Assembly: GCA_028286945.1 (NCBI GenBank)
Contig: JAQBQR010000005.1
Coordinates: 1-60,754, forward strand
Length of the DNA: 60,754 nucleotides
Direction: 5' to 3'
Origin: Parcubacteria group bacterium
Lineage (GTDB): Bacteria > Patescibacteriota > Minisyncoccia > Phycocordibacterales > Phycocordibacteraceae
Part shown: positions 45,458 through 55,053 of the stretch, one piece after another
Position numbering within the stretch: the stretch's first letter is position 1
Layout of the letters: every line of letters starts with the position of its first letter
Position numbers and translations under genes: made by a program
Notes under the pieces: generated by a model
What the model saw: the letters and a program-made list of their open reading frames with translations, nothing else
What the model was told of the DNA's origin: nothing
Databases searched by the model: none

Positions 45458-46279
45458 TTGCTAGCATCACGCATAATTGACTTACCGGTCAGTAAGCGTA
45501 TAAAGATTTTGGAGCACTTCGTCGCAGCAGAAAGGGATTCCGCCTTTTCTGCTGCGACGAAGTCATATGACGGTGTCTTAAATGCCATACCGGCTGCAGC
45601 AATTATATGGGGATGCCTCACCATGGCTGACTCTTCTGAAATGCGTGCATTGGGAATCGCGGCACACTTTGCTAATGTTTTTGCTAAAGAAGGAGGGACC
45701 CTGGACATGTTGAACTGGGTTGCTCACGAACCTGCGAGAATGCAGCAGATTGTGCAGATTGCCGATACCTGGCTTCTGGTACGTGGGAGCTCGGTCAGGA
45801 TCAAGATCGCTTATTGTGGGACGTATAACCCGCGAGAATTCTTCACGATCGGAGAACATAACGGCGTACGAATCGTTCGTGTCATTGGAAACGTGGAGAT
45901 GTTCGCTCCTGATGAAACGAGACCGATCCAAAGCATTTCCCTCGTACCCTATACGGCGCGTAAGTCGACAAATCTCTCCGCAGTATTCAATGAGGTCAAT
46001 CGACTCAAAGAGGCTGAGGTGACGTCGGTCGACCATGTGCGAGCAGCGCTCGTGTTATCAGCGCAATCGCGCGAAAATCCTATCCTCGCGATGGACGGGA
46101 ACGTGAATCAGTTTTACGTCCCTCACAAGGTTCGAATTGGAGTGGTGCATTTCCCTGTGCGGCTCACCTACATACTGGATGAACGTGGCTGGGAACTCGA
46201 TGTTCCCATGAGTATGGGGACTGGCGATATTGTTCGTCAGGGCACCCGCATCATCCTCGATGGAGACAAGAGCCAATAG
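45458..46279 (+). CDS. Hypothetical protein, start uncertain
   Basis: 273-aa ORF with TTG start; terminator GGGGGCCGCG/CGCGGCCCC at about 46294-46320. Confidence 0.6.
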   Translation: MLASRIIDLPVSKRIKILEHFVAAERDSAFSAATKSYDGVLNAIPAAAIIWGCLTMADSSEMRALGIAAHFANVFAKEGGTLDMLNWVAHEPARMQQIVQIADTWLLVRGSSVRIKIAYCGTYNPREFFTIGEHNGVRIVRVIGNVEMFAPDETRPIQSISLVPYTARKSTNLSAVFNEVNRLKEAEVTSVDHVRAALVLSAQSRENPILAMDGNVNQFYVPHKVRIGVVHFPVRLTYILDERGWELDVPMSMGTGDIVRQGTRIILDGDKSQ

Positions 46280-46377
46280 TTTGAACATGGATGGGGGCCG
46301 CGTGACCGCGGCCCCTTTTTGATTTGTATAGGAATAATCAAAGCCTTTTAATCCTGAATACTTGCTATAGTTTTTAC

Positions 46378-46992
46378 ATGGAACTCACTCTGGCTATTGC
46401 TGTTGGCGTAAGTATGGAATTACTTGTTATCGGTGGGGCTCTCGCCGCTTATACCGACCGGTTCTTCTTCGTTTCTCAGATGAAAGAACGCGGAATTGCT
46501 CAGGGATTTCCGTTTGTGATACACGGAGGCATGTGGAGCGATTTCTTTATAATTTCTCCGCTTGCTGCATTTCTTATCTATTCATACGCAACTCAATGGA
46601 CTGTAGCGGAATGGATAACTGCGGGAGTTGTGGGAGTAATCGTTAGTCTTTTACTTCATTTCTTGGTCTATATAAAAGGAGAGTTGCCTGGGTCTCACGG
46701 ATACGATGGTAAAACTACGGTGGCAGGGTGGTTGCATATCATCTATACCGCTGTTGCTCTTGCAGTCTTAGCTCTCTTTTATTTTTCTACCGCCGGTATA
46801 CGTCATAACGTGCTGGGCATTGTTTCTGTAATTCTTGCATTGCATCCATCTATACCTCTGATAGGCCAGGCGCTCGCGAACAAGTACGGGCCTGACTGGT
46901 TTCCAGAAAATCCTTTCAAGATTCCTGGTATATGGCTAGCACTCGTTGTGATTTGGCTGTTCATTGTCTGGAGATGTCTTGCTCTTTGGTAA
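46378..46992 (+). CDS. Hypothetical multi-pass membrane protein
   Basis: Hydrophobic ORF; leaderless TGcTATAGT 6 nt before ATG 46378. Confidence 0.75.
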   Translation: MELTLAIAVGVSMELLVIGGALAAYTDRFFFVSQMKERGIAQGFPFVIHGGMWSDFFIISPLAAFLIYSYATQWTVAEWITAGVVGVIVSLLLHFLVYIKGELPGSHGYDGKTTVAGWLHIIYTAVALAVLALFYFSTAGIRHNVLGIVSVILALHPSIPLIGQALANKYGPDWFPENPFKIPGIWLALVVIWLFIVWRCLALW

Positions 46993-47042
46993 AAATATCT
47001 ACAATACAAATTTATCTAAAGCTAGAAAATAAATTAGAACCA

Positions 47043-47894
47043 CTAAAGATCTTTCTCAATTCCGTTACGCAAAGTCGTGAATCGACGTTGAAGAGTCTCA
47101 GTATCCTTTTTGAAATTCTTATTCTGCTCCCACCATTCCGGGTTTGATGCAGTAGCCATTATGATGTGCTCAAGAGTATCTAAATCTTCCGAGGATAGCG
47201 CGTGCATCTCGCTCCATAACTCAACGTCCTTATCATCGTAGTCGCGCATATACCAAAGTTTAAAAAGCAGATGTCGAGCAGGATGAGAGAGTGTTAGCGG
47301 AGTGTCGTCTATACTCGTACTTGACCCTTCTAACCATTCTTTCGGATACGACAATCCTCGCTCGGTAGGATTACCATCAGTGTCCGTATCGATAACAGAG
47401 ACTTGCATGCGTACCAAATCAGTATCGGTGCGAATATTTCCTTGCTCGTCTATTGCAGCTATGTAGGGAATCTCGCGCACATCATTCAGAGTCCTGCGCG
47501 AGAATGTGGCATTTCCTATTCTGCGGAATGTACGCGCTTCGCCATTCTTACTTTGTAGAAAAAGAGCATACCCTTGTTCCTTGAGGTAAGTTTCAAGAGC
47601 GGGTAGTTCATCTCGCAATACAGATATATCAATATCGGAATGGGCGCCTATATAATCACCACCTACTTCTTTTTGACGTAATGAAAGGGGCAGCGATCCA
47701 TCAAGTTGCCACCATAGATGAGAATCGTTCATTAGCTTCCCGAGAGCAGTTAGCCTTGCCTCAGTTTGCTCTCTTTCGATATCGGTAATTGCTGGTCGTT
47801 CGGGCCCGTCAGGCTGGAACGTCTTGCCCAGTTCCGACTTTGATTTTTCCTGAATAACCGGTTCTGTAGTGCCTTTAGGCCATTCATTACTCAT
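47043..47894 (-). CDS. Nucleotidyltransferase-fold protein (ANT(2'')/Lnu-like)
   Basis: WWQLDGS...GAHSDIDISV (GS...DxD motif). Confidence 0.65.
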   Translation of the reverse strand: MSNEWPKGTTEPVIQEKSKSELGKTFQPDGPERPAITDIEREQTEARLTALGKLMNDSHLWWQLDGSLPLSLRQKEVGGDYIGAHSDIDISVLRDELPALETYLKEQGYALFLQSKNGEARTFRRIGNATFSRRTLNDVREIPYIAAIDEQGNIRTDTDLVRMQVSVIDTDTDGNPTERGLSYPKEWLEGSSTSIDDTPLTLSHPARHLLFKLWYMRDYDDKDVELWSEMHALSSEDLDTLEHIIMATASNPEWWEQNKNFKKDTETLQRRFTTLRNGIEKDL

Positions 47895-47985
47895 GTGTTT
47901 ATTGTACTTCAATTAATAGACAGGATAGGTAGCCACATTTAAAGCAGAAAACCGCTCAAAAAGCGGTTTTCTTTTCTTCTATATC

Positions 47986-48416
47986 GGTGGAGGTGGGGAG
48001 AATTGAACCCCCGTCCGTATCTGCTCTTGAGAACGAGTCTACGACGCGTAGCTCATATTAAGGGTTCGGCAGAAGAATAAGAACATGAGCGAAAACGCTT
48101 CTGCTAAAGCCCGTTGTTTAAACGAATCTGTTGGGCACCAGAACGTCGATCCTGTAGAAGATTCCGCCCTCTCTATTCGCTACAGAAACCGAATTGGGAA
48201 GACGTCGCTAAGCGAGGCGAGCCCGAAGGCTCAAGCCTTACGCAGTAACGAACGCAAAGTTGAAGTCACTCATCGCGAACGGTGAGAGGACACTCTTCTT
48301 TACGCTTGCAACAGTTTTGTTTGCAAGTATTGGTTGATGCGTTGGTATGGCGAGTCAGCATCTTCTCCCGCGTCGCACGTTTCTCAAGGTGCAAACCGTC
48401 AAAGCCGGTCACCCCC
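47986..48416 (-). ncRNA. ssrA: tmRNA
   Basis: 5' GGGGGTG pairs with 3' CACCTCC-A with G3.U; T-arm GGGGG-TTCAATT-CTCCC; tag ORF 48324-48238; directly downstream of smpB. Confidence 0.95.
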
Positions 48417-48469
48417 AGGCTCCATTCATACAGGAGTATGAATGGAGCCTGCGAGCGGCCCGCACTGCA

Positions 48470-48916
48470 CTATTTTTTAGCGCGCATCGCCCTATCCATT
48501 TCGCGTTGTGCATCTTTACGCTTGAGTGACTCGCGCTTATCAGATGCATTCTTTCCGCGAACAATGGCGATACGTACCTTCAAATACCTGCCTGCATTAT
48601 ACACTTCTAAAGGCACTATTGTCAATCCCTTCTTTGCCTCGTTTTCGCCTAGCTGCATGAGCTCGCTCTTCTTTAGGAGCAATCGACGGTTACGTTCTGG
48701 GTCATATCCTGCGGGCGTGTTTGCCTGCTGGTATGCAGGGAGCGACATGCCCACGATGAACGCTTCACCTCCACGTACCACCACGCGGGAACCTTCAAGA
48801 GAGCCCTGCTTATTTCGCAGAACCTTCACCTCCGGACCGCTAAGCTCAAGGCCTGCCGTGAACGTTTCTAAGACCTCGTACTTAAGGCCTGCCTTTTTGT
48901 ATTGGATGAGCGCCAT
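48470..48916 (-). CDS. smpB: SsrA-binding protein
   Basis: AGLELSGPEVK, RNRRLLL, GLTIVPL, RGK..DKRE. Confidence 0.95.
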   Translation of the reverse strand: MALIQYKKAGLKYEVLETFTAGLELSGPEVKVLRNKQGSLEGSRVVVRGGEAFIVGMSLPAYQQANTPAGYDPERNRRLLLKKSELMQLGENEAKKGLTIVPLEVYNAGRYLKVRIAIVRGKNASDKRESLKRKDAQREMDRAMRAKK

Positions 48917-48956
48917 GGTTTCAGAATCGCATTAATCGGCGTATAATCAAGCGACT

Positions 48957-50930
48957 ATGGCACCAAAAGCACCAACCGAGAAAACTCAAAACAAGAACGA
49001 AAAGAAAGATAGTAAGAAAGGAAAGAAGGATTCAAAGAATCCGCTTGCTTCACTTATGCCGGGAGGACCAGGTTTCTTCACGAATTTAGTGACCACCGTG
49101 GTGGTGTTCTTGCTCCTTATGAGTGCGTACTCCGTGATTCAGTCGCATATGAAATCGGTTTCGACCATTTCGCTTACCCAGGTAGCGAATGATGTGCGTG
49201 CAGGGAAGGTAGAGAATATTTCTATTGAAGGAGATAACGTTACCCTTGCGTACGCAGACGGTTCACACAAGAAAGCAATGAAGGACCCAAGCCAGGGTCT
49301 TACTGAAACACTTGCCGCATACGGCACGACACCTGACCAGCTTTCTGGAGTAAACATCACCATCGCGAGCGAATCAGGTTTCCGTTTCTGGTTCTCAGCG
49401 CTTGCACCGATTCTTCTGCCAATCCTTTTGCTCGGCATTCTGTTCTTCTTCTTGATGCGACAGGTGCGCGGTGCCGGGATGCAGGCATTCACGTTCGGTC
49501 AAAGCAAAGCACGTCTTACGGATCCTGCTGATCTTAATACCCGCGTAACGTTTGCAGACGTTGCTGGTGCGAAGGAAGCAAAAGAAGAACTCATGGAGAT
49601 CGTGGACTTCTTGAAGAATCCTAAAAAGTTCCTGGACATTGGCGCACGTATTCCTAAAGGCATCATGCTTATGGGTGCTCCGGGTACCGGAAAGACGCTG
49701 CTCGCGCGCGCTGTGGCTGGTGAAGCCGGCGTTCCATTCCTTTCAATATCCGGTTCTGAATTCGTTGAAATGTTCGTGGGAGTGGGTGCATCACGCGTAC
49801 GTGATCTTTTCCAGCTCGCAAAGCGCTCAAGTCCTGCGATCATTTTCGTTGATGAGATCGACGCCGTGGGACGTGTTCGCGGTTCAGGTGTGGGAGGAGG
49901 GAATGACGAACGTGAGCAGACACTTAACCAAATCCTCGTGGAGATGGATGGGTTCGAGCCCACTGAAAAAGTGATTGTTATGGCTGCAACAAACCGCCCT
50001 GACGTTCTAGATCCCGCACTTCTTCGTCCAGGACGCTTTGATCGCCGCGTAACCATCGACCTTCCAGATCGAAAAGATCGTCTTGAAATTCTCAAAGTGC
50101 ATGCACGAAAGAAGCCACTTGGCGCTGATGTGGTACTTGAGGTCATTGCTGAACGCACTTCAGGCTTCTCAGGCGCTGAACTCTATTCACTTATGAATGA
50201 AGGCGCAATCCTCGCTGCTCGCGAGAATCGTAAAGAAATCACGCAGTATGATCTTATTCGTTCGATTGAAAAAGTAATGCTCGGTCCGGAACGAAAGTCT
50301 CATCTGCTTGGCAAAAAACAGAAGCGTCTTACCGCATACCACGAGGCAGGTCATGCCTTGGTATCAAGCGTGCTTCCGAACTCAGATCCTGTGCACAAAA
50401 TATCTATCATCAGCCGTGGACGGGCGGCAGGATACACCATCAAGCTTCCATTTGAAGACAGTAAACTGCAGTCAAAGAAAGAATTTCTTGATGATATTGC
50501 AACGATGCTCGGCGGATTCGTGGCAGAAGAGATGGTCTTTGGGGACGTTACAACGGGGCCATCAAATGATTTGGCCGTTGCCACCGCACTTGCTCGTGAC
50601 ATGGTGTCTCGATACGGTATGAGCGACAAGGTGGGTCCTGTAGCGTTTGCGACGGATCAGAACTATCGCAGCGAAACGTATTCTCAGGAAATTGCTGCAA
50701 CGATGGACAGCGAGGTACGACGTATCATCGAAGAGGCTAAGGAGAAGGCGCGTGAAGTTCTTACCACGCACCGTGCCGCTCTGGACTCTATCTCAGAGGA
50801 ACTGGTAAAGATCGAGACGATGGAGCGTGAGCAATTTGAACAACTCCTTATCCTTAACGGCATTGCGCCAAAGAAAAAGGAAGAGGAAGAAACACTTCCT
50901 GCCCTTAATGCGGATGCGACTGCTGCGTAA
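48957..50930 (+). CDS. ftsH: ATP-dependent zinc metalloprotease FtsH
   Basis: Two TMs; [37 protein letters not shown]. Confidence 0.98.
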   Translation: MAPKAPTEKTQNKNEKKDSKKGKKDSKNPLASLMPGGPGFFTNLVTTVVVFLLLMSAYSVIQSHMKSVSTISLTQVANDVRAGKVENISIEGDNVTLAYADGSHKKAMKDPSQGLTETLAAYGTTPDQLSGVNITIASESGFRFWFSALAPILLPILLLGILFFFLMRQVRGAGMQAFTFGQSKARLTDPADLNTRVTFADVAGAKEAKEELMEIVDFLKNPKKFLDIGARIPKGIMLMGAPGTGKTLLARAVAGEAGVPFLSISGSEFVEMFVGVGASRVRDLFQLAKRSSPAIIFVDEIDAVGRVRGSGVGGGNDEREQTLNQILVEMDGFEPTEKVIVMAATNRPDVLDPALLRPGRFDRRVTIDLPDRKDRLEILKVHARKKPLGADVVLEVIAERTSGFSGAELYSLMNEGAILAARENRKEITQYDLIRSIEKVMLGPERKSHLLGKKQKRLTAYHEAGHALVSSVLPNSDPVHKISIISRGRAAGYTIKLPFEDSKLQSKKEFLDDIATMLGGFVAEEMVFGDVTTGPSNDLAVATALARDMVSRYGMSDKVGPVAFATDQNYRSETYSQEIAATMDSEVRRIIEEAKEKAREVLTTHRAALDSISEELVKIETMEREQFEQLLILNGIAPKKKEEEETLPALNADATAA

Positions 50931-50994
50931 TTGCGGTTGTGAATGGAAGAAAGCGGCGCACAAAGTGCGCCGCAGGTAGGGGACAGGGTAGTTT

Positions 50995-51049
50995 AAAAGC
51001 CAACATCGTATATTTGCAATTTAGTTGCGTTTATACGATGTTGGCTTTT
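50995..51049. repeat. 18-bp perfect inverted repeat
   Basis: AAAAGCCAACATCGTATA / TATACGATGTTGGCTTTT. Confidence 0.6.
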
Positions 51050-51144
51050 TCGGCACCCTCAAACTCTATATAGAAGACAAAGGGACTTCGAGCAAGTGTT
51101 AACTCAGCTTTTACGCAAATTCATACAAAAGGTATAGTGAATGG

Positions 51145-51218
51145 GCGCCCTTAGCTCAGTTGGTTAGAGCACGGAGCTTATACCTCCGCGGTCCTTGGTT
51201 CGAGTCCAAGAGGGCGCA
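51145..51218 (+). tRNA. tRNA-Ile, anticodon UAU; CCA not encoded
   Basis: Acceptor GCGCCCT/AGGGCGC, D-arm GCTC/GAGC, anticodon arm CGGAG-CTTATAC-CTCCG, T-loop TTCGAGT, discriminator A. Confidence 0.93.
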
Positions 51219-51222
51219 CATT

Positions 51223-52152
51223 ATGGAATTGCCGATTGAATTCACTGAATTGTATCGGCATTGGTCAGGGCACGTTGCCAGGCCCGCACGCACCACTGCC
51301 ACAGAGGTATTCGAAGACATTGCCCTTTTTGATGCGATTTCTGCGTTCATTCGCCTGCGTATTTCAATATGGGATAAGAAATACCGAGGCGAAAAGGCAC
51401 CCTACACGGATGACCCGATTCTGAGGAAGTACCGCTTCTGCAATATGTTCCGCGAGTTTGATCGCCAGACTATTGAATTCCATACGCTTTTAAATCCCAT
51501 AAGAAATGATTTTCCGCTTTGGCTACTCAACATGTTTTATTTCCGTATGGTTGCGCGTACCCAGACAGTGCAAGACGTAGGATTACTTTCGTTTGATGTA
51601 GATGAAAATGAAGCATTACAGAAAAGATTTTTAGCATCACCGCGCCCGCGATATGGCACGCCGTATGTTTTCCCAGTCAGTACAATCATGCGTAGCGCTA
51701 CGCCTACAAGAGAAACATTTATAACGGAATATCTGCCAAGCATCATGCAGACGGTGGCAAAGGAAATCATTAGCTGGAAAAAGCTTTCGGTAGCGGAAGG
51801 AGTACAAAAGATACTTCCACTATTTGGATTCAATCTGCATTTCCTTTGGACCGAGGTACTTATTGATGTGGCATATCAATTTCCCGAATATCTAGACTTA
51901 TTTAAAACATTCCCTGTGGGTCCAGGTTCACTGCCGACGATGCGTCGGATTAATTCCGCAACAGAGCCGTCAGAGCTTGCGGTTCGGCTCGGAGAACTCT
52001 CCTTTGATTCAGGCATATGCATCAATGGCGCACCGATTGTACTTTCAGCTGAGAACTGGGAAGGCGTCGGCTGCGAATTTCGCAAATACACCAACCTTAG
52101 TGAGGGGAAGGGTAGAAAGCGTTTATATAAGCAGTCCACCATATCGATTTAA
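51223..52152 (+). CDS. 5-hmdU DNA kinase helical-domain / aGPT-pyrophosphorylase-like protein
   Basis: PYTDDPILRKYRFCNMFREFDR, GPGS, CEFRKY; ATG 51223. Confidence 0.7.
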   Translation: MELPIEFTELYRHWSGHVARPARTTATEVFEDIALFDAISAFIRLRISIWDKKYRGEKAPYTDDPILRKYRFCNMFREFDRQTIEFHTLLNPIRNDFPLWLLNMFYFRMVARTQTVQDVGLLSFDVDENEALQKRFLASPRPRYGTPYVFPVSTIMRSATPTRETFITEYLPSIMQTVAKEIISWKKLSVAEGVQKILPLFGFNLHFLWTEVLIDVAYQFPEYLDLFKTFPVGPGSLPTMRRINSATEPSELAVRLGELSFDSGICINGAPIVLSAENWEGVGCEFRKYTNLSEGKGRKRLYKQSTISI

Positions 52153-52230
52153 ATCCTGACAGGACGTGATAGCGTATAGGGAAGGTTCCTGTCCTCACGT
52201 AAATCGTTACCCACATAATCCCTCGTTTCT

Positions 52231-54177
52231 ATGAAGTCTGAATCCTTTCACCCTGCAGGCACTCCGTCTGAAAAAGGTCCTGAACCAGTAATGCCAGGCG
52301 TTAACCCTGACCGCGTAAAGTTTGATGATTCTCAAAAGGTAGAAACAGTGATTGAGCCTGCGCGAACGGAACAGGAGGTATACAACCATCGCTTTGTTGA
52401 GCATGGAGGAGAATTACGTGTAGAAAAAGTAGGAGGGATGCGCGCCGGTGCATTTGTTCGCCGCATGCTTCCTGCCTTTGCACTCCTCGGCGTTGCAACA
52501 AATGCGGGCGTTGAATACTCAAGAGGGGAGACAGCGGATACTGCTCGAACGGAACGAGTAATGAATGCGCTTGATACGGTAGATGTGGAGACTATTGCTC
52601 GCCAGGCTCAGGACGAAGTCTGTAACGTTGTCGACGCTCAATTTATGCAGCGATTCACCACACTCGATGAAAATGGGAAAGAAGTAGTAAATCCAGGTGC
52701 AGTCGTCATTCCATTTGCGGTTGCGGTAAACAGCGAATGTAAAACAAAAGTGGATGTACAGGTACGAGTGCCCTATCACTTCGCGCGTACCTTCCGGGAG
52801 ATTTCAGCCGCGCATCCAGAGAGGCGTGCAGAAATGGCAGAGAAGCTCGCTGGTTTTATAAAACAAGAAATCAAAAATCAGCTGGTGGTGCACGGCATTG
52901 CCGGGGTAACGGGTTCAAAACTCGTATATGACCGTGAGAATGGCAGTGTTACCCGAGAGGCAGACATTGATCTGGGCAAGTTTGAGGTTTCTGATATTTC
53001 AGCGACAGGATTCGCTTCGGCCGAAGCGGAAGCGAGCAGCAGTGATGCCGGTCCCGCAAGCCTCACCCATCCAAACGAAGAAAATGCGCAGCTCGCTGGT
53101 AAACGTCTTAACGATATGATGCCACTCCTCAAGGACGCGTTCACACGTTCGGGAGTAAACGCAGAAACTATCTCTTCGATCAGAGAGATAAGCTACGAAC
53201 GTAACTTAGTAGATGGTGAGGTTGCTTCGCTTGCTGCTATTTCTCATGATGTGCTGGGAGAAACAGTGACGAATGACGATGAGCATTCCGCCTATGAATT
53301 GGTGCAAGAGATTAATGATGGGAATCCGATAGTACTCGAAGCAATCAGTGCTAATCCAGAGTATGCAGAAACGGTAAAGAAGCTCATTACCGATAACCGC
53401 GGCGTCGTACTTAGTCTTACGGCAGAGACAGATCAGAAAAAGACGGAAGTGTATAACCTGCCAATACCATGGCCACTTTTCTTACTCCTTCTTCCAGGAA
53501 TTCGAGTGAGCCGGGGCGCACGCACCAGCGAGTGGAAGCCGCAGTACCGCAATGTTCACACTGATGCAATAATCCGTAACGATCCTAAGGCCGTTGCCCG
53601 ACGTTTATTCTCAGAAAGCACACCGGAGACTTTGGCAGAGAAGCGTGATTTCAATGAAATCTACGATAGTGTTGGATTGTCAGAACGTCCGATGGATACC
53701 CGACTTCTGCTCGAACATCTTCTGCTTGAAGAAGTGAAACCAAGTCTTGATGAGGCAACGAAAGAACCGATGATTGACTACGAAGAGGCGGTAAATAGTG
53801 TTCGCGAATATCTTATGTCTGATGCCCGTCGCGGGGAAGTCAGCAAAGGTTCCTATGACACTGCGCCAGAAGCAGAACGCAAACTTACCGAAACACTTCT
53901 TAGCATGTGGGAGCGTCACGATGAGGCCACCTATCCAATGCAGGGCATAGATATTAAAACGGTACTTAATTATCGTCATACGCCCTATGTGGTGTATTGG
54001 GCAAAGACGCTTGCTGACCGTTTGGTACCGCTTGCCGAAGAGACAACGACTCGTGAGCAATTCCGTGAACGTTTGCAGGAAGTGATAGCCACATCAGAAG
54101 CAACCCGCGATCTTGAGGGAGGTACGGATCGAAATGTCTTTGTGCGTAGCGACCTTCCGCTACAGGGTAGAAGTTAA
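52231..54177 (+). CDS. Large hypothetical membrane-associated protein, possible OmpA-like domain
   Basis: 648 aa; two hydrophobic segments; TGFASAE...NAQLAGKR. Confidence 0.7.
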   Translation: MKSESFHPAGTPSEKGPEPVMPGVNPDRVKFDDSQKVETVIEPARTEQEVYNHRFVEHGGELRVEKVGGMRAGAFVRRMLPAFALLGVATNAGVEYSRGETADTARTERVMNALDTVDVETIARQAQDEVCNVVDAQFMQRFTTLDENGKEVVNPGAVVIPFAVAVNSECKTKVDVQVRVPYHFARTFREISAAHPERRAEMAEKLAGFIKQEIKNQLVVHGIAGVTGSKLVYDRENGSVTREADIDLGKFEVSDISATGFASAEAEASSSDAGPASLTHPNEENAQLAGKRLNDMMPLLKDAFTRSGVNAETISSIREISYERNLVDGEVASLAAISHDVLGETVTNDDEHSAYELVQEINDGNPIVLEAISANPEYAETVKKLITDNRGVVLSLTAETDQKKTEVYNLPIPWPLFLLLLPGIRVSRGARTSEWKPQYRNVHTDAIIRNDPKAVARRLFSESTPETLAEKRDFNEIYDSVGLSERPMDTRLLLEHLLLEEVKPSLDEATKEPMIDYEEAVNSVREYLMSDARRGEVSKGSYDTAPEAERKLTETLLSMWERHDEATYPMQGIDIKTVLNYRHTPYVVYWAKTLADRLVPLAEETTTREQFRERLQEVIATSEATRDLEGGTDRNVFVRSDLPLQGRS

Positions 54178-55019
54178 CGGGGCAGGATATCCGCAAGCAG
54201 CTCTGAGTTGTAGAACTCTGCGGCAAGAGCGCCGAATGAACGGGTACCGTCTGAAAGGGTGATAGCTGCGCCGCCAATCTGCGGATTAGCGTTTGGTACG
54301 GAGTGTGCGAAGCCGATGTTGTAGAGCGTGGAAATGACGGCAGGTTTGCCCTCGATAGGGAATCCGGCCTTTGCCCACTGTGCCTCAACTTCTTTTATAT
54401 ACAGTCCCGCGTAGAGGTAACTATAGTAATGATCGTGCTGATCAGTCATGCGCGTGAAGCGTACAGCATTAATGTCTGCTGTACCGGCAGGAAAATCCAA
54501 AAGGTGTTCGTACTGTGCTCCTGGATAATATGGTGACGAAGGGTCTTTAAGGTTTGCCTCAACTTGTACGGCAGTTGCTTCCTTCATGCCCATAACGCCC
54601 CATGAGAACTGAGACTGCGGTCCAAGGATCTTGAGAGGATAGAAGAACTTTTTATAGTCTTCGCGGTCAGTAAAGAAAAGGCGGAGCTGTTCCGAAATGA
54701 GGTTCGCAGCAATGATACGAGCGGGAACACCGGAATCGTTTGCAGCGCGATCAATAGTGGCGGTGTCACGACGAATTGCTGCCTCCATGATTGTCCACTC
54801 TTCAGACTGCTGCCACGGGCCGTGATATGCAGCAACGGCCGCCGCGCTCTGTGTGGCAGCGGGTGCTCCAAAGAATGCTTCGCGCTGCACATCAATAATT
54901 CCTTTCTCATTCGTAATACCGAAGCGAATCGCGAAGTATCCGACCGTGAGGAAGAAGCCAATTGCGGCAAAAATATAGACGATTATGAAAAAGATCTGAG
55001 TAAGGATTGAACGTGTCAT
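54174..55019 (-). CDS. Membrane-anchored protein, possible lysozyme/SLT-like fold
   Basis: N-terminal TM; ISEQ, SWGVMGMK, TLYNIG. Confidence 0.7.
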   Translation of the reverse strand: MTRSILTQIFFIIVYIFAAIGFFLTVGYFAIRFGITNEKGIIDVQREAFFGAPAATQSAAAVAAYHGPWQQSEEWTIMEAAIRRDTATIDRAANDSGVPARIIAANLISEQLRLFFTDREDYKKFFYPLKILGPQSQFSWGVMGMKEATAVQVEANLKDPSSPYYPGAQYEHLLDFPAGTADINAVRFTRMTDQHDHYYSYLYAGLYIKEVEAQWAKAGFPIEGKPAVISTLYNIGFAHSVPNANPQIGGAAITLSDGTRSFGALAAEFYNSELLADILPR

Positions 55020-55053
55020 TTCGCCTCAGTGTACGTGAGGCGGGAGGCACCGT

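Noticed and set aside
48085..48935. + strand ORFs of 66 and 217 aa
   Set aside because: Antisense to tmRNA and smpB.
51160..51222. ORF-track N-terminus of the 330-aa protein
   Set aside because: Overlaps the tRNA-Ile gene; real start taken as ATG 51223.
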